Shown here piece after piece: positions 47,908-58,489 of a DNA stretch of 64,000 bases. The first letter of the stretch is position 1, and each line of letters starts with the position of its first letter. Under the pieces are notes generated by a model, which was not told where the DNA came from, did not search any database, and saw nothing but the letters and a program-made list of their open reading frames with translations. The stretch spans positions 82,264 through 146,263 of the IMG/VR virus record IMGVR_UViG_3300026549_000039, one strand, 5' to 3'. The stretch is from a virus. Lineage: Duplodnaviria; Caudoviricetes. Made by a program: the position numbers and the translations under genes.

Positions 47908-49557
47908 TTACTGGCTAATGTGGGAGAAGGGATCAGCAAGGGAGAAGTCAGCCCCCAGCTGCTCAGCACGCCGCATGTCCTCGAAGGATAAATCAGCGCC
48001 ACTCTCAACCTTCTGCTTCACAGTAGCAATAAAGCTGGTACGGTCATTATTGGACATAGTTCGCATCGCTGTAGCTCTGGGCACAGGGAGTTCACTAATC
48101 CTCTGTGCGGCAGCCTGAACAGCACCAACAGTATCCTTCTGGGACTCAGCTAGGCCAGCAGCCAGGCTCTTACCAAACTCAGCAAGAGCAGACTGAAGAG
48201 CAGTCATAGTAACCAGCTCATCACCAGCCTGCGGGGCAGCCTGCGTCTTAGGCTCGGGCTCCTTCAGAACACTCTGTACAATATTCCTTACATCAGTCTC
48301 AGACAAGACGGACTGCTTAGCGTCATCCTGCTTAGCATCGTCCTTCTTGGGCTCCTCAGCCTGCTTGGCGTCATCCTGAGTGGCATCGTCCTTCTTGGGC
48401 TCCTCAGCCTGCTTGGCGTCATCCTGCTTAGTATCGTCCTTCTTAGGATCGCAAGCCTGCGTCTTAGTACCCTGCAAAAGGTCTTTAATACTAGCGAGCT
48501 GCTGCTTGAGCTCCTGGGTCGCTGCGTTTACCGAATCCTGAGTAGTGGACTGAATTGCCGCCAAGATCTCAGGAGAAAGATTTCCATTCATGTCAATGTC
48601 CTCCTTGTTGGAAGTATCAATAGCCTGGACCTTCATCCCAAAGTCTTTGGCATAGTCCAGCGCACTTTGTTTGGTACTGAAACCAACACGCTCCATAATG
48701 TCTGATGGAACAATGTCACCGTGTGCTACGATAGCGGCCAGCATTCGACGCACGACATATTTCAGTTCTTCTATACGATAACCCTCAGAGTCGTAATTTT
48801 CAAGAGCATACCGCAATGTAGCATACGCTCTGGAGCGGGTATCAATAGGAAACTTATTGTTATCAGGATCAGCATATGAAGCCTTGTCAGTAGGGAACCC
48901 ATAAGTACCGGGATCAAGGAACTGTCCGCGCTTACCTTTAGACGGTTTCATAGCGGACAAGCTACTCATGTCCGGCAGCTTAGAAAACACCTGATTCCTG
49001 AAGCTGTCTGTTTTGGTGTTGACAAAGTGGACCATGGATCCCAGCGAGAATCCTGTGTAGGTACCATCCATGATCTTATCCCAAGTTGTAGGATCTGTCA
49101 CCTGGATTGCTATCCACCAACCGCCAGGAATACCACCAATGCTTCCAGTATAATCCACACAAGATTGTATCACGTGGGCGTTATTCCAGAAAGCTATATG
49201 TTCCTCTCCAACACCGCCACCTAAGACTTTACCCGTCTGTAGATTGTGCATAAAGGAATTAGCTGCATGTTCCACAGCGGTTGGATCCATAATATCACCG
49301 TAGAAATCCTCAAGCCAAGGTACAGATACGTAGCCCATAACCTGCTGCTTAACCTTGTTTTTCTTGCGAACAGGCATCTGTAGCTTTAAAACTCGATTCC
49401 TATCCCGATCTGCATTTTGCACAACCCTAAATACTGCACCTTGGACAGCAGGTTCACCACAAAGGGTAATCTCGACTGCCTGTGGCTCTTCAGCAAACCA
49501 TCCAGATGGCTCATAGGGTTGCTGACCAGGAAGCAACATGTTAGGCACCATAACCAC
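47908..49557 (-). CDS. XkdF-like prohead protease fused to a scaffold region
   Basis: VMGYVSVP..EDFYGD...GGWW...WDKIMDGTYTGFSLG; NNKFPIDT domain; low-complexity C-terminus. Confidence 0.82.
   Translation of the reverse strand: MVMVPNMLLPGQQPYEPSGWFAEEPQAVEITLCGEPAVQGAVFRVVQNADRDRNRVLKLQMPVRKKNKVKQQVMGYVSVPWLEDFYGDIMDPTAVEHAANSFMHNLQTGKVLGGGVGEEHIAFWNNAHVIQSCVDYTGSIGGIPGGWWIAIQVTDPTTWDKIMDGTYTGFSLGSMVHFVNTKTDSFRNQVFSKLPDMSSLSAMKPSKGKRGQFLDPGTYGFPTDKASYADPDNNKFPIDTRSRAYATLRYALENYDSEGYRIEELKYVVRRMLAAIVAHGDIVPSDIMERVGFSTKQSALDYAKDFGMKVQAIDTSNKEDIDMNGNLSPEILAAIQSTTQDSVNAATQELKQQLASIKDLLQGTKTQACDPKKDDTKQDDAKQAEEPKKDDATQDDAKQAEEPKKDDAKQDDAKQSVLSETDVRNIVQSVLKEPEPKTQAAPQAGDELVTMTALQSALAEFGKSLAAGLAESQKDTVGAVQAAAQRISELPVPRATAMRTMSNNDRTSFIATVKQKVESGADLSFEDMRRAEQLGADFSLADPFSHISQ
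48313..48447 (-). repeat. 48-bp coding tandem repeat (KKDDAKQDDAKQAEEP), about 2.8 copies
   Basis: Units start at 48313, 48361 and 48409. Confidence 0.85.
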
Positions 49558-49623
49558 CTCACTTCAATCAAAGTATAGCATAGCTTTCCGTATTTCTTGC
49601 AATTTTATCATAAAATAAAGGCT

Positions 49624-51417
49624 TTACTCATAGTCTGTCCCGATAGGTCCCTCCAACTCGAACAAACTCCTGCCTTCAAGAATCTGGTCCAGAAGCTCTC
49701 TGACAACCGATTTTGCTTCACCTTCAGAGAGCAACGGAATCTGTGTTACCTGTGGTTTCTCCTCAGCTGGTTCTTTTGCTTTTGCTTTCGCTTTATCATC
49801 AGCCTGAGTTTTCATATCTACAACAGACTGAGATCTCCAACCAAAGGAACCGCCACCAGACCCACCACCAGCAGCTTGACCGTTGGCTAGTCCCTGCACT
49901 GTCTTGATGACATTAGCTATACCGTCCAAGTAATACTTATAGGACTGAGCTTTTGTCATAGCAACAGCAGCCCTCTCCTGGTCATCGGTGTACTCTACAT
50001 TCTTGAATCTGAATACGACATCGGTTACACCTAGGCCATGTCTAAGGATCCGATTCATCATTGCTTCATCCTTAGCCTGATAAGGCCGTATAACCTTCAA
50101 GAAGTAGTTTTTAGCCTGCTGATTTGCGTTAGCCTTGTTAGCATTTTCCCAGAGTCCAATCTCAGACGGTGGAATACTATGTGCAGCAGCTATCTCTTCA
50201 CGATTCAGTTTCTTGAACTGGATAAAACTAGCCTCATTCTGGGTAGCATCCAATGCTTGGAAGTTTGCGGTCATATCCCTAGGCAGAGGTATAACAATAG
50301 TTCTATGGTTCCTGCCTTGGATCTCCCTATTAAAGAAATCAACAATGGACTTTGAAACTTCCTTATCTACCCTACCTCCGGTAACCGTAACAGCATACCT
50401 TGGAACGGCATTGTTTTCAAAAAACTGCCAGTTGTAGTCATTGGCTGCATTATCACCAAACATAGCAGACAATGCTGGCAGTATGTCGGCGACACCGTAG
50501 AATGGGTCTGTAGATATCAACGAGTTAGTGACGTGTACCATCTCGTTATTCGTAAAGAGCTCAGGTGACACATCAGGGAATACTCTTTGCAGATCATCAC
50601 TGGACCAGCCGGACATAAACAGCGGCAGCACAGCCCTGACCTGAAGACCGCCACCATGCCTCTGACCATCAAAAGGCAGTACAGACCACCAGGATTCCCA
50701 CTCAGGAATGGCCTGGATAGCGATTGGATAGTAAGGATGCCTGAATATAGTTATAGCTGGTACGGCATAGATGCTATCCACAGTGCCACCCATAGTATAG
50801 GAGATTTCCATGGCTTTGTTTCCCGTACTAAAGTAGTCAAAAGCCTGGTCGCGCAGAAGAGTGGCCAAATCCTTATGGTTCCTGGTATATATCCGGTCTT
50901 CAAAGTCGGACAGCACTTTGGTTGACTTATGAATAATACCATGCTGATTCTTTCTCTCATAACACCACTCATACCCTAGTTCGGTAGCTGCTGTTGCTTT
51001 TGCTTTGACTGCCGCATAATGCCATGCGTTTCCAACCAGGTAGCTCTGAACGTCAATTAGATTGTACCTCGGCTGCACAATCTCAATACCATCTAAAGTA
51101 ATTGTGACGCCACCATGCTTGCTCTGGTACAAGCCATTATCCATAATACCAGGATGTACATGGTGCGGATCGGCAGGCCCATCTGTTATGTATGGACCAT
51201 CAGGATACCTAATGTCAGTGGGAGGAGCACAGAAATCACCTCCATGTGACTGAGCAATCCTGGTTAGTCCAACTGCTCCACCATTACGGCTTGTGTACAC
51301 AGGCAACTCAGCAGCAGATGGCTCATGCTCAATCAGGTAGGTCTGAGGTGCTCCTTGTAAGGTCTCACTGATATTATCAAATTCTATTGTTGCTCTGCCC
51401 GGCACATCAATCACCAC
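49624..51417 (-). CDS. Portal protein (PBSX-like)
   Basis: FYGVADI, FFENNAVP, REEIAAAHSIPPSEIG; follows TerL. Confidence 0.88.
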   Translation of the reverse strand: MVIDVPGRATIEFDNISETLQGAPQTYLIEHEPSAAELPVYTSRNGGAVGLTRIAQSHGGDFCAPPTDIRYPDGPYITDGPADPHHVHPGIMDNGLYQSKHGGVTITLDGIEIVQPRYNLIDVQSYLVGNAWHYAAVKAKATAATELGYEWCYERKNQHGIIHKSTKVLSDFEDRIYTRNHKDLATLLRDQAFDYFSTGNKAMEISYTMGGTVDSIYAVPAITIFRHPYYPIAIQAIPEWESWWSVLPFDGQRHGGGLQVRAVLPLFMSGWSSDDLQRVFPDVSPELFTNNEMVHVTNSLISTDPFYGVADILPALSAMFGDNAANDYNWQFFENNAVPRYAVTVTGGRVDKEVSKSIVDFFNREIQGRNHRTIVIPLPRDMTANFQALDATQNEASFIQFKKLNREEIAAAHSIPPSEIGLWENANKANANQQAKNYFLKVIRPYQAKDEAMMNRILRHGLGVTDVVFRFKNVEYTDDQERAAVAMTKAQSYKYYLDGIANVIKTVQGLANGQAAGGGSGGGSFGWRSQSVVDMKTQADDKAKAKAKEPAEEKPQVTQIPLLSEGEAKSVVRELLDQILEGRSLFELEGPIGTDYE

Positions 51418-51419
51418 CC

Positions 51420-53621
51420 CTATTTGTAGACTTCATCTAGCACCTGATTGTACAAGCCAACTCCATTTACTCCAAATCTCAGCGCGTCCACCAGGTGATC
51501 GTCAACCTTCTTAGGCTTACCGTTAAACTGTTTCTCATAGCGACCTAATTCCCATATGAGATTCTTGCACTTCTTATCTATAAGAAGTCGTCCTAGTGAG
51601 AACAGTGCCTTAACAGCGTCAATCCCTTCGTCAACGTTCTTCAAACCAGGTACTGTATACAGGTCCTGAAGATCCATCTCAGCCATTAACTGCTGGCTGT
51701 TGGATGGGTCACAGAACCACTCCTGTACATTATACAGGTCCTGTCTAGGAATAAGGAAGTCTTCAACGTATTTTGAAGGAGCAATGTTCTTTTCGTACAG
51801 CTCATCAAATATTACAACCGTCTGCTCCCCTGTTTCTGGGTCATCCATGAGCTGTAGGAAGATTGTAGCTGGGCACCCAAATCCAGCATCCTGACCAGCA
51901 TAGGTATCCAACTCTACGTCGAATATCTCACTGTAACCGGATCCATGCTTCTCCCTGAGCATATACTCATAATCTATGACATGAATATCCTTATCAAACA
52001 TTGGATAAACCAGATTACTACGCCCTGGTTTGACACAAATGACCTGTGCCTCCCATACGTCCGGGTCCAGTGTCTTATAGAGCTTAACAGCATCATCGAA
52101 CGCTACTACAGCATTTGGTCCAGCATTGGAGGTTTTGGCTTGTCCGTGACAAGCTGGTAGCATTGTACAATCCATGCAAGACTCATACACATAGCAGGAT
52201 TTGGGATCACCCTTCTTATCTGTATACGAGTAGATCGTATGGGCGTCGTCCACTTCTCCTTTATCATTGGTTCTAAGTGGGCAAGTAGCGATTGTGTCCC
52301 ACAGGTTCCACTGATAAACCTTAAATCCACGTTGGCTGGCCTCATCGAGCAGTCGCTGCATTGTACCAGAAGCCTTCTTTCGTGTGGATGTAAGCCTGGT
52401 GCTACTGCGGTAGCCTTTAGCAGACCTAGCCATATTGAAGGCTTCCTGCATAATGTTCCAATCCATCAGCTCGACCTCATCAAGCTGAGAAGCCACTGGA
52501 TGTGGGCTGTTATGCACAGTTAGACCATTACAAGGGAAATTATGCCCGAATACAGAGTCTGACGCAACAATAACATCATAAACATCCTGTTCGGACCCAT
52601 TGTCGTACTCCCTAACAGATAAAACAGTCCAAGCTCCCATACTAGCTATAGATTCTGGATGATCCATGTCATTGGAGTCGCAGCACTGAGAACACAAACA
52701 GCTGGAGTCAAAAGAAGACTGCACCAGGTCTCCGACACACAAGGATTTGGCTGATCGATACTTATGTGACCCAACCATCAGTATAGGATGATCTGGGGTG
52801 CAGATGAGCTTGGTATACTCTAGCTTTTGTGGTGAAGAACTCGTGTCCTCCCTAGCAAACCTGATATCCAAACATTTAGACTTACCCGAGTATACTCCTC
52901 TAGCCTTACGGAATGATGCAACCCCAGTTTCTTCATCGACTGCTGGTATAATAAAGTCCTTTTCAACCAGGTCCCTGATTGGTACCCCATAAGGATACTT
53001 GGTGCAGTCCCTGTAACAGCCAATTAAACTATCTCCATGTATGCAGTTGACACCAGCCATAGTACCAACCAAAATCTCAACGCTACTACCATTAACAAAA
53101 CAGGTTCTAGTAGAAGTAGGTTTGCCGTCTAAGAATTGCTGGAACAGAGGGTGACCTGTCATGCGCTGGAAGTATCTGTAACACCTTCGTGCCTGATCCT
53201 CAATAGCTCCAAGATGTGCCATTTCATACCCATCCTTAAATAGAGACTCGATAAGCAAAGATACGGCAAAAGTAAGCGTTTTACCAGCACCCCTGTTTCC
53301 AAGCACAATAACGTCCCCTGCGCGGTCAAAAAACATATCAGATAGATACTGTAGATGGCTACACGTGTCCTTTAAGTCAGTTTGCAACGTGTTTGCTTCG
53401 CGGGTAAAATTGCATGTTAAACCTTGCTGTTCAAGGCACACATGTATCCACAAACTTAACTCATCATCAGTCTGAGGCCTATACTTCACCATATATGGAG
53501 CTAAATCAAGAGGGAGCCTGTTAAGGGCTCCCTCCTTCATCATCGCTGCAAACTCCCTAATGTCTGGAGCCCCATACTTGACCCGTCTACGGGCTCGAAG
53601 TTCGCTAACAAAATCGTTCAT
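51420..53621 (-). CDS. terL: Terminase large subunit containing an intein
   Basis: GNRGAGKT Walker A, QLDEVE Walker B, GQDAGF and DDHLVDALRF nuclease motifs. Confidence 0.92.
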   Translation of the reverse strand: MNDFVSELRARRRVKYGAPDIREFAAMMKEGALNRLPLDLAPYMVKYRPQTDDELSLWIHVCLEQQGLTCNFTREANTLQTDLKDTCSHLQYLSDMFFDRAGDVIVLGNRGAGKTLTFAVSLLIESLFKDGYEMAHLGAIEDQARRCYRYFQRMTGHPLFQQFLDGKPTSTRTCFVNGSSVEILVGTMAGVNCIHGDSLIGCYRDCTKYPYGVPIRDLVEKDFIIPAVDEETGVASFRKARGVYSGKSKCLDIRFAREDTSSSPQKLEYTKLICTPDHPILMVGSHKYRSAKSLCVGDLVQSSFDSSCLCSQCCDSNDMDHPESIASMGAWTVLSVREYDNGSEQDVYDVIVASDSVFGHNFPCNGLTVHNSPHPVASQLDEVELMDWNIMQEAFNMARSAKGYRSSTRLTSTRKKASGTMQRLLDEASQRGFKVYQWNLWDTIATCPLRTNDKGEVDDAHTIYSYTDKKGDPKSCYVYESCMDCTMLPACHGQAKTSNAGPNAVVAFDDAVKLYKTLDPDVWEAQVICVKPGRSNLVYPMFDKDIHVIDYEYMLREKHGSGYSEIFDVELDTYAGQDAGFGCPATIFLQLMDDPETGEQTVVIFDELYEKNIAPSKYVEDFLIPRQDLYNVQEWFCDPSNSQQLMAEMDLQDLYTVPGLKNVDEGIDAVKALFSLGRLLIDKKCKNLIWELGRYEKQFNGKPKKVDDHLVDALRFGVNGVGLYNQVLDEVYK
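52509..53045 (-). mobile_element. Mini-intein (179 aa) in TerL
   Basis: N|CIHGDS block A, ICTPDHP block B, VYDV block F, TVHN|S terminus; no homing endonuclease. Confidence 0.9.
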
Positions 53622-53659
53622 ACCCTGTGCTTTCCCCTTTCGACTGATACAGAGGTTGG

Positions 53660-54445
53660 CTAGAGATTCTTGAGCATTGTATCTAGCTCATTACTCTCAC
53701 GCTGCTTATCTATGCAAGCGTTGATCTCAGAACCAGCTTCTGTAAACGCATCATGGATCTTGCTGGTAATCGTCTTAACCTGGTATGAAATGTTGTCACT
53801 AGAGACAAACTCTGGGCTGTAGAGTAAGTCAAATATGTCTGTTATAGCTTTGGCTACAGACTTTCTGACATCGGCCCTACTCATAACCTGATTATACTGA
53901 GATATGTTCTTGAGCACAGCCTGAACCTGTAACTCAAGAGCCTGCTGCAAGCTATCCCTATCCACTACTGACAAAGTTTTGCTGTCAATCGCACTAAGGC
54001 ATACCTGCCATGCTCTCCACTTAAATGCTTCACACAGGTATACAACCAGCATCCTGATGTGGCCTAGTGTGAGCTTACCTTCTTGGGCTGCCATAACATG
54101 CGCCAAATTGATCACCATCTGATGCTGATTCGTAGCAAGTGCCTCCAAAGTCTCCGTATTGCGCAGCTGGATATCATTTACCATGTTCTGCAAAGCATTG
54201 GTAAGCTCATTCTTCCAATCTTTGAGCTGGAAAATGACAAAGTTGACAAATACTGACGCAACCAGTGCCTCGCCCCACAAAATAATATTGTCATGACTAC
54301 CCTGTCCTGTCAAGGCTGACATAACCCATCCAACAATGACGATCCCAGGTAGTCCGACGTGCTTCAAGACCTCCAACAGTACCTTCGTATCCACTTTTGT
54401 CCACCGATCCTTTCCATCAGTAGCTCCATCTACGCTTAGGACCAA
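53660..54445 (-). CDS. Two-TM membrane protein in the lysis cassette
   Basis: Two N-terminal hydrophobic helices and a large soluble domain; next to the endolysin. Confidence 0.55.
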   Translation of the reverse strand: MVLSVDGATDGKDRWTKVDTKVLLEVLKHVGLPGIVIVGWVMSALTGQGSHDNIILWGEALVASVFVNFVIFQLKDWKNELTNALQNMVNDIQLRNTETLEALATNQHQMVINLAHVMAAQEGKLTLGHIRMLVVYLCEAFKWRAWQVCLSAIDSKTLSVVDRDSLQQALELQVQAVLKNISQYNQVMSRADVRKSVAKAITDIFDLLYSPEFVSSDNISYQVKTITSKIHDAFTEAGSEINACIDKQRESNELDTMLKNL

Positions 54446-54884
54446 GATCTACATGGATACCCCAGGAGTAGATACCAATTCCCCCATCTCTGAACTGAGG
54501 AATAGACTCAGCAATCTGCTTAAGTTTGGCGGCTGTAGTCTTAGAGAAAGCCGCATTGATGTCGGCTGCTGTGCCATCATTATGCTTTGTCTTGGAAGAA
54601 GCCTGCGAGTTCCTAGCAGCAAGAGCCAAAGCATAACGCTTACATCTGTAGCCCTGTCCACCTGGGGCAGCTGGATTAACCACCCTAACTGGAACACCCA
54701 ACTTTTCTCTAATGGTCTCGATGCCTTCCAACAGCTTTACTGCTATCTTATACTCTCCGCAATCAGGGCAGGCGAACTCAGCAGCGGTAAAGTGAGTTGA
54801 GACTCTTGGATTACCACCAGTGCGTATGTTACCTTTGATAAAACCAGCAGAATCAGGCTTTACCAAAATCTCAAATGAAGCCAT
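54417..54884 (-). CDS. Peptidase M15A-family endolysin
   Basis: HFTAAEFACPDC, GYRC, KHNDGTAADI, GIGIYSWGIHVD. Confidence 0.85.
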   Translation of the reverse strand: MASFEILVKPDSAGFIKGNIRTGGNPRVSTHFTAAEFACPDCGEYKIAVKLLEGIETIREKLGVPVRVVNPAAPGGQGYRCKRYALALAARNSQASSKTKHNDGTAADINAAFSKTTAAKLKQIAESIPQFRDGGIGIYSWGIHVDLGPKRRWSY

Positions 54885-54890
54885 GCTACA

Positions 54891-55214
54891 TCAGTCCTCC
54901 TTCTTAGTATCACTACACTCTTCGCTGCTGCTCTTCATTGGAAAGATACGCTTGCTTGCATAGCCACCAGCAGCAATACCAAATACACCGATTATGTCTA
55001 CCCCAGTAAGGTCGCCGCGCCAGAATGCTGTTAGGGTCATTAGCCCAAACATTCCATACATGAACCTAGGCAGGCTGAGATAGGCATTCCCATCGGGTTC
55101 GTGGTCGTATAGTATTCCGGGTATATCATAGAACAGGAACTTGTAAAATCTCTTTGCTTGCACCCGGAAGTCGAAACTCATACCTCCTGGCGGCATAGAG
55201 GCCATAATAACCAC
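54891..55214 (-). CDS. Putative holin
   Basis: Two hydrophobic segments and a charged C-terminus; upstream of the endolysin. Confidence 0.6.
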   Translation of the reverse strand: MVIMASMPPGGMSFDFRVQAKRFYKFLFYDIPGILYDHEPDGNAYLSLPRFMYGMFGLMTLTAFWRGDLTGVDIIGVFGIAAGGYASKRIFPMKSSSEECSDTKKED

Positions 55215-55224
55215 CTACTCTCTG

Positions 55225-57783
55225 CTATACAGTCGGTACCACAACTAACTTCAATCCATTTAGGTCTCTACCCAGATTATTTGTCAGGGTCAAAGCTCCC
55301 ACCCCGCATTTTACCAGTATATGCCCACTATTGGAAGGCCCGCCTATTGGCACAGGGTACATCCAATCAGCGGTCTTATACCGGCATAGGAAATTTTGTA
55401 CGATATGACCGCGATTTAGGGACAATCCGAGGTCTTTTTTTATGTAAATTGCATAAGACAGCGTTTGGTCACCCAAAAGCTGCATACTGTCTACAACAGA
55501 CAGAGGTTGACCCACGTTCTTTAGGTCATCTGCTGCAAACGGCGTAAACCCATTAGTGGCATCCCACGAATACAAAGTATCGGGTATCGTAGCATGGTCT
55601 CCAGGATAAAAACCGATACGGACATCATCGTAAGGTGTGATATCATAATCCTCCCAGTGCATGGACAGGATTTGGCTCCAAAACGGGCTGATCCTCCAAG
55701 CAAATGAGGACCTAAGCCATAATGTGGTCTCACCAGCAGCATAAACCTTAGTTCTATCCTGAATAGATATTGTAGCGTGCCGGAATGTGTTTCCACGCTC
55801 AATACCAAGAGCCCCGCGCCCTGTAGGCTGTATTGCAAAGCAGGTACACATCCCCATTTCTCGGTCCAAACTTGGGACCCAGGTATAGGTATTATTAAAC
55901 ACACCCGTATCTGAAACATACAGGGGTGATTCACCTTCAAAAGCAATACTCACAAAGCCATCAGGCCATATATCGAAGTCTTTAGCCACCTTTGGTAACG
56001 ACTTCTCACTGAGCTTTACACCTGCGGAAATATCATAAACAGCCAAGGTGTTAAGTGTGGTATTTAAGATAATCAGCAGGCCTGCTCCGACCCTAAAAAC
56101 CAGCTTTCCAACACCTGCTGTTGGTGGCATAGGCTCGCTAGGGAAGTTGGCTACTAAATCCCAGCTGTAATAGGGGGTGTTATCAGGGTGATCGCTATAT
56201 AAGCTGAGGGTTCCTGTTGTTGCGTCCTCTTGTAGAGAGTAGAACATACCAGAACACATAGCATTCCACTCAGGCATTTGGATACTACTGACACTATATA
56301 CAGTAGTAAGATCCTGAGTCTCTGGATTATAGCGCCTATAGACATATCCAGATCCTGTTTGACTGCGCAGCATATACCCATTCCTGGTGTAATCCCAATA
56401 AACAGCATCAATATCAGTGGGAGATAATATATTTGCCCCGGCTGATGTCTTCATAGTCCTGTCGTTGTAGACAAAATGACCTGTGTCATATAGCTCTATA
56501 TCTTGGATGGTGTCGTCATTGATCTCCATCAAGTTATCGCCTATGACCTGAAATGGCTGCCTAATATCAGTTTGGCCCTGAATATGGTTACTTTCAGCAT
56601 CATATTCGTAAGGACTGACGATAGTCTCATATAGAGACAGCGAATACTCGCCCATCCGCCTAAAAATTGGATCAATAAGGGGCCAATCTTGACCTTGAGC
56701 TAGTAAAACTCTCTTAAATACCTGTGCTAGACCTTGCTGATTCATCAATTTCAGGGTATGGAGGTCTGTTGCCTCAGCTTTCAGGCCATCACCAAGCACA
56801 AGACGCAGCAAAAAGTCGCTACTAGCCTCAACTTGCTGCTTTGGTATGCTCATGTTGGGCACTACATTACCCATTAAGAGCACTCGACGGATGACGGGAT
56901 AGATATCCAGGACCACTTCACTCTTACCAGGAACCTTTTGCAAGAAGAGGGGGTGCGGGTCTTTAGACACAACAGTGAGCTGTTGAGCTCTCTGTATACC
57001 AGCCTCGTCCGCAAAATTGAAGAACATATTAGTAGGCATATACTGGAGGGGTATGCGCTTCTGGGTATCGGTTACATTTTCATACTCCAAAGGCGGAACA
57101 AGGTCTCCAATATGGGTTTTCAGGACAAAATCGTCAATTTTGTGCCCGGATAGAGAGTCAACATCCCCAAGACCGTCGATTTCAGACACTTGATGCCTAT
57201 GTGATGCTGGTGCAAAGGTCAGAGGTACATTAACAAGCTGGTCCCAGTCAATAGATATACCTCTGGATAGGGCTGGATCGGTGACGATCAGCACAACTTT
57301 CCCGTCTAAGGGCTCTGCAAACGTCATTTCTATAGTATTTTCATCAATAATACTAGTAGAAACGGGTGCCACCGCCTCGTCATTCACCCATACAGTAAAC
57401 AGGATGTCGTCTGTTCCGAAATTATGGGTGATTGTCCAGATATCCGAAGGGGTATTCTGCTCGTACACCATGCTGACGCCAACAAAATCACGCACAGAGT
57501 AGATAACAATCTTACCCTCAACAGGCAGTGTCCACTTTACCATCAGAGCATCGTAGTTATACTGCTCGATTTTGTAAAATGACGCTGGATTTGTAGGGTC
57601 AAATTTCCAAGCAGCTATCAGGAGGTTGGTGGAGTGCAGATTATGTGGTACAAACCACTCTTTACCGGAGAATGTTCCAGCGTATTTCTGGAACACAGCG
57701 TCCAGAAGGTCACCGTCGATTCTGTCATCAAATCGTATATATGTCTTATCTGTGATGTCATAGTTGCCTGGCATATATGTCAC
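55225..57783 (-). CDS. Fibre-like virion structural protein
   Basis: W.I.HN.G repeats (WFVPHNLH, WTITHNFG) and fibre motif APASHRHQVSEIDGL. Confidence 0.6.
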   Translation of the reverse strand: MTYMPGNYDITDKTYIRFDDRIDGDLLDAVFQKYAGTFSGKEWFVPHNLHSTNLLIAAWKFDPTNPASFYKIEQYNYDALMVKWTLPVEGKIVIYSVRDFVGVSMVYEQNTPSDIWTITHNFGTDDILFTVWVNDEAVAPVSTSIIDENTIEMTFAEPLDGKVVLIVTDPALSRGISIDWDQLVNVPLTFAPASHRHQVSEIDGLGDVDSLSGHKIDDFVLKTHIGDLVPPLEYENVTDTQKRIPLQYMPTNMFFNFADEAGIQRAQQLTVVSKDPHPLFLQKVPGKSEVVLDIYPVIRRVLLMGNVVPNMSIPKQQVEASSDFLLRLVLGDGLKAEATDLHTLKLMNQQGLAQVFKRVLLAQGQDWPLIDPIFRRMGEYSLSLYETIVSPYEYDAESNHIQGQTDIRQPFQVIGDNLMEINDDTIQDIELYDTGHFVYNDRTMKTSAGANILSPTDIDAVYWDYTRNGYMLRSQTGSGYVYRRYNPETQDLTTVYSVSSIQMPEWNAMCSGMFYSLQEDATTGTLSLYSDHPDNTPYYSWDLVANFPSEPMPPTAGVGKLVFRVGAGLLIILNTTLNTLAVYDISAGVKLSEKSLPKVAKDFDIWPDGFVSIAFEGESPLYVSDTGVFNNTYTWVPSLDREMGMCTCFAIQPTGRGALGIERGNTFRHATISIQDRTKVYAAGETTLWLRSSFAWRISPFWSQILSMHWEDYDITPYDDVRIGFYPGDHATIPDTLYSWDATNGFTPFAADDLKNVGQPLSVVDSMQLLGDQTLSYAIYIKKDLGLSLNRGHIVQNFLCRYKTADWMYPVPIGGPSNSGHILVKCGVGALTLTNNLGRDLNGLKLVVVPTV

Positions 57784-57804
57784 CTCCTATATAGCTGTTT
57801 CCTA

Positions 57805-58458
57805 TTAACCATCAACCTGATCGGTTGGGTCTGGAACGTCGAGTTCCTTCTCAAATTCCCTATCCAGTGCAGCATCCAGCTCCTTGATACTAGTGGGGCG
57901 CTGTGTAGTAATAGCCCCCTTATGCTCTAACTCGTGCATAATAGCCTCAAACTGGTCATTGGTAATATATTTCCCCATAATTTCTATGAGAGTATCAAAC
58001 TGAAGCTGACTTTCCATCAGGCTCCAGACTGTCTGGCCCTTATACTTAGCTCCAAGCATACTTTTCTTCATGTCGATAGCTTTCAGGGCTACCGCAGGGG
58101 TGATATCCACCTCTCCTGTTTTAAGCTGAGCTGAGAACTTCTGAATAATCAGGTCCAGAACTTCCCCGTCGTTCTTGATGCGCATACTCTCAGGTATAGC
58201 CTGGACGGCATCGACCCCAACCGGACCGTCTATAGGCATTCCTGATATCATACCCCGTTCTGCTTCATCAACCATAATCTCTTTGAAGTTATATACAACA
58301 GGAAGAGATATGTTGAATCCCTTCTCAGCCAGGGATCGCTGAACTTGTGCTGGGCTTAGACCGGCAGCCAACCATGACCAGGCTAATTCTTTATACGGAG
58401 AGTTATATATGGTATTGGCTACGCCACCTACGGATGTTTTCTTTGAGCTACCAGCCAT
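57805..58458 (-). CDS. Putative terminase small subunit (N-terminal HTH)
   Basis: GLSPAQVQRSLAEKGFNISLPVVYNF; first gene of the late operon. Confidence 0.5.
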   Translation of the reverse strand: MAGSSKKTSVGGVANTIYNSPYKELAWSWLAAGLSPAQVQRSLAEKGFNISLPVVYNFKEIMVDEAERGMISGMPIDGPVGVDAVQAIPESMRIKNDGEVLDLIIQKFSAQLKTGEVDITPAVALKAIDMKKSMLGAKYKGQTVWSLMESQLQFDTLIEIMGKYITNDQFEAIMHELEHKGAITTQRPTSIKELDAALDREFEKELDVPDPTDQVDG

Positions 58459-58489
58459 AGAATAAAATCGCCTCCACTTCTTAGGCTGC

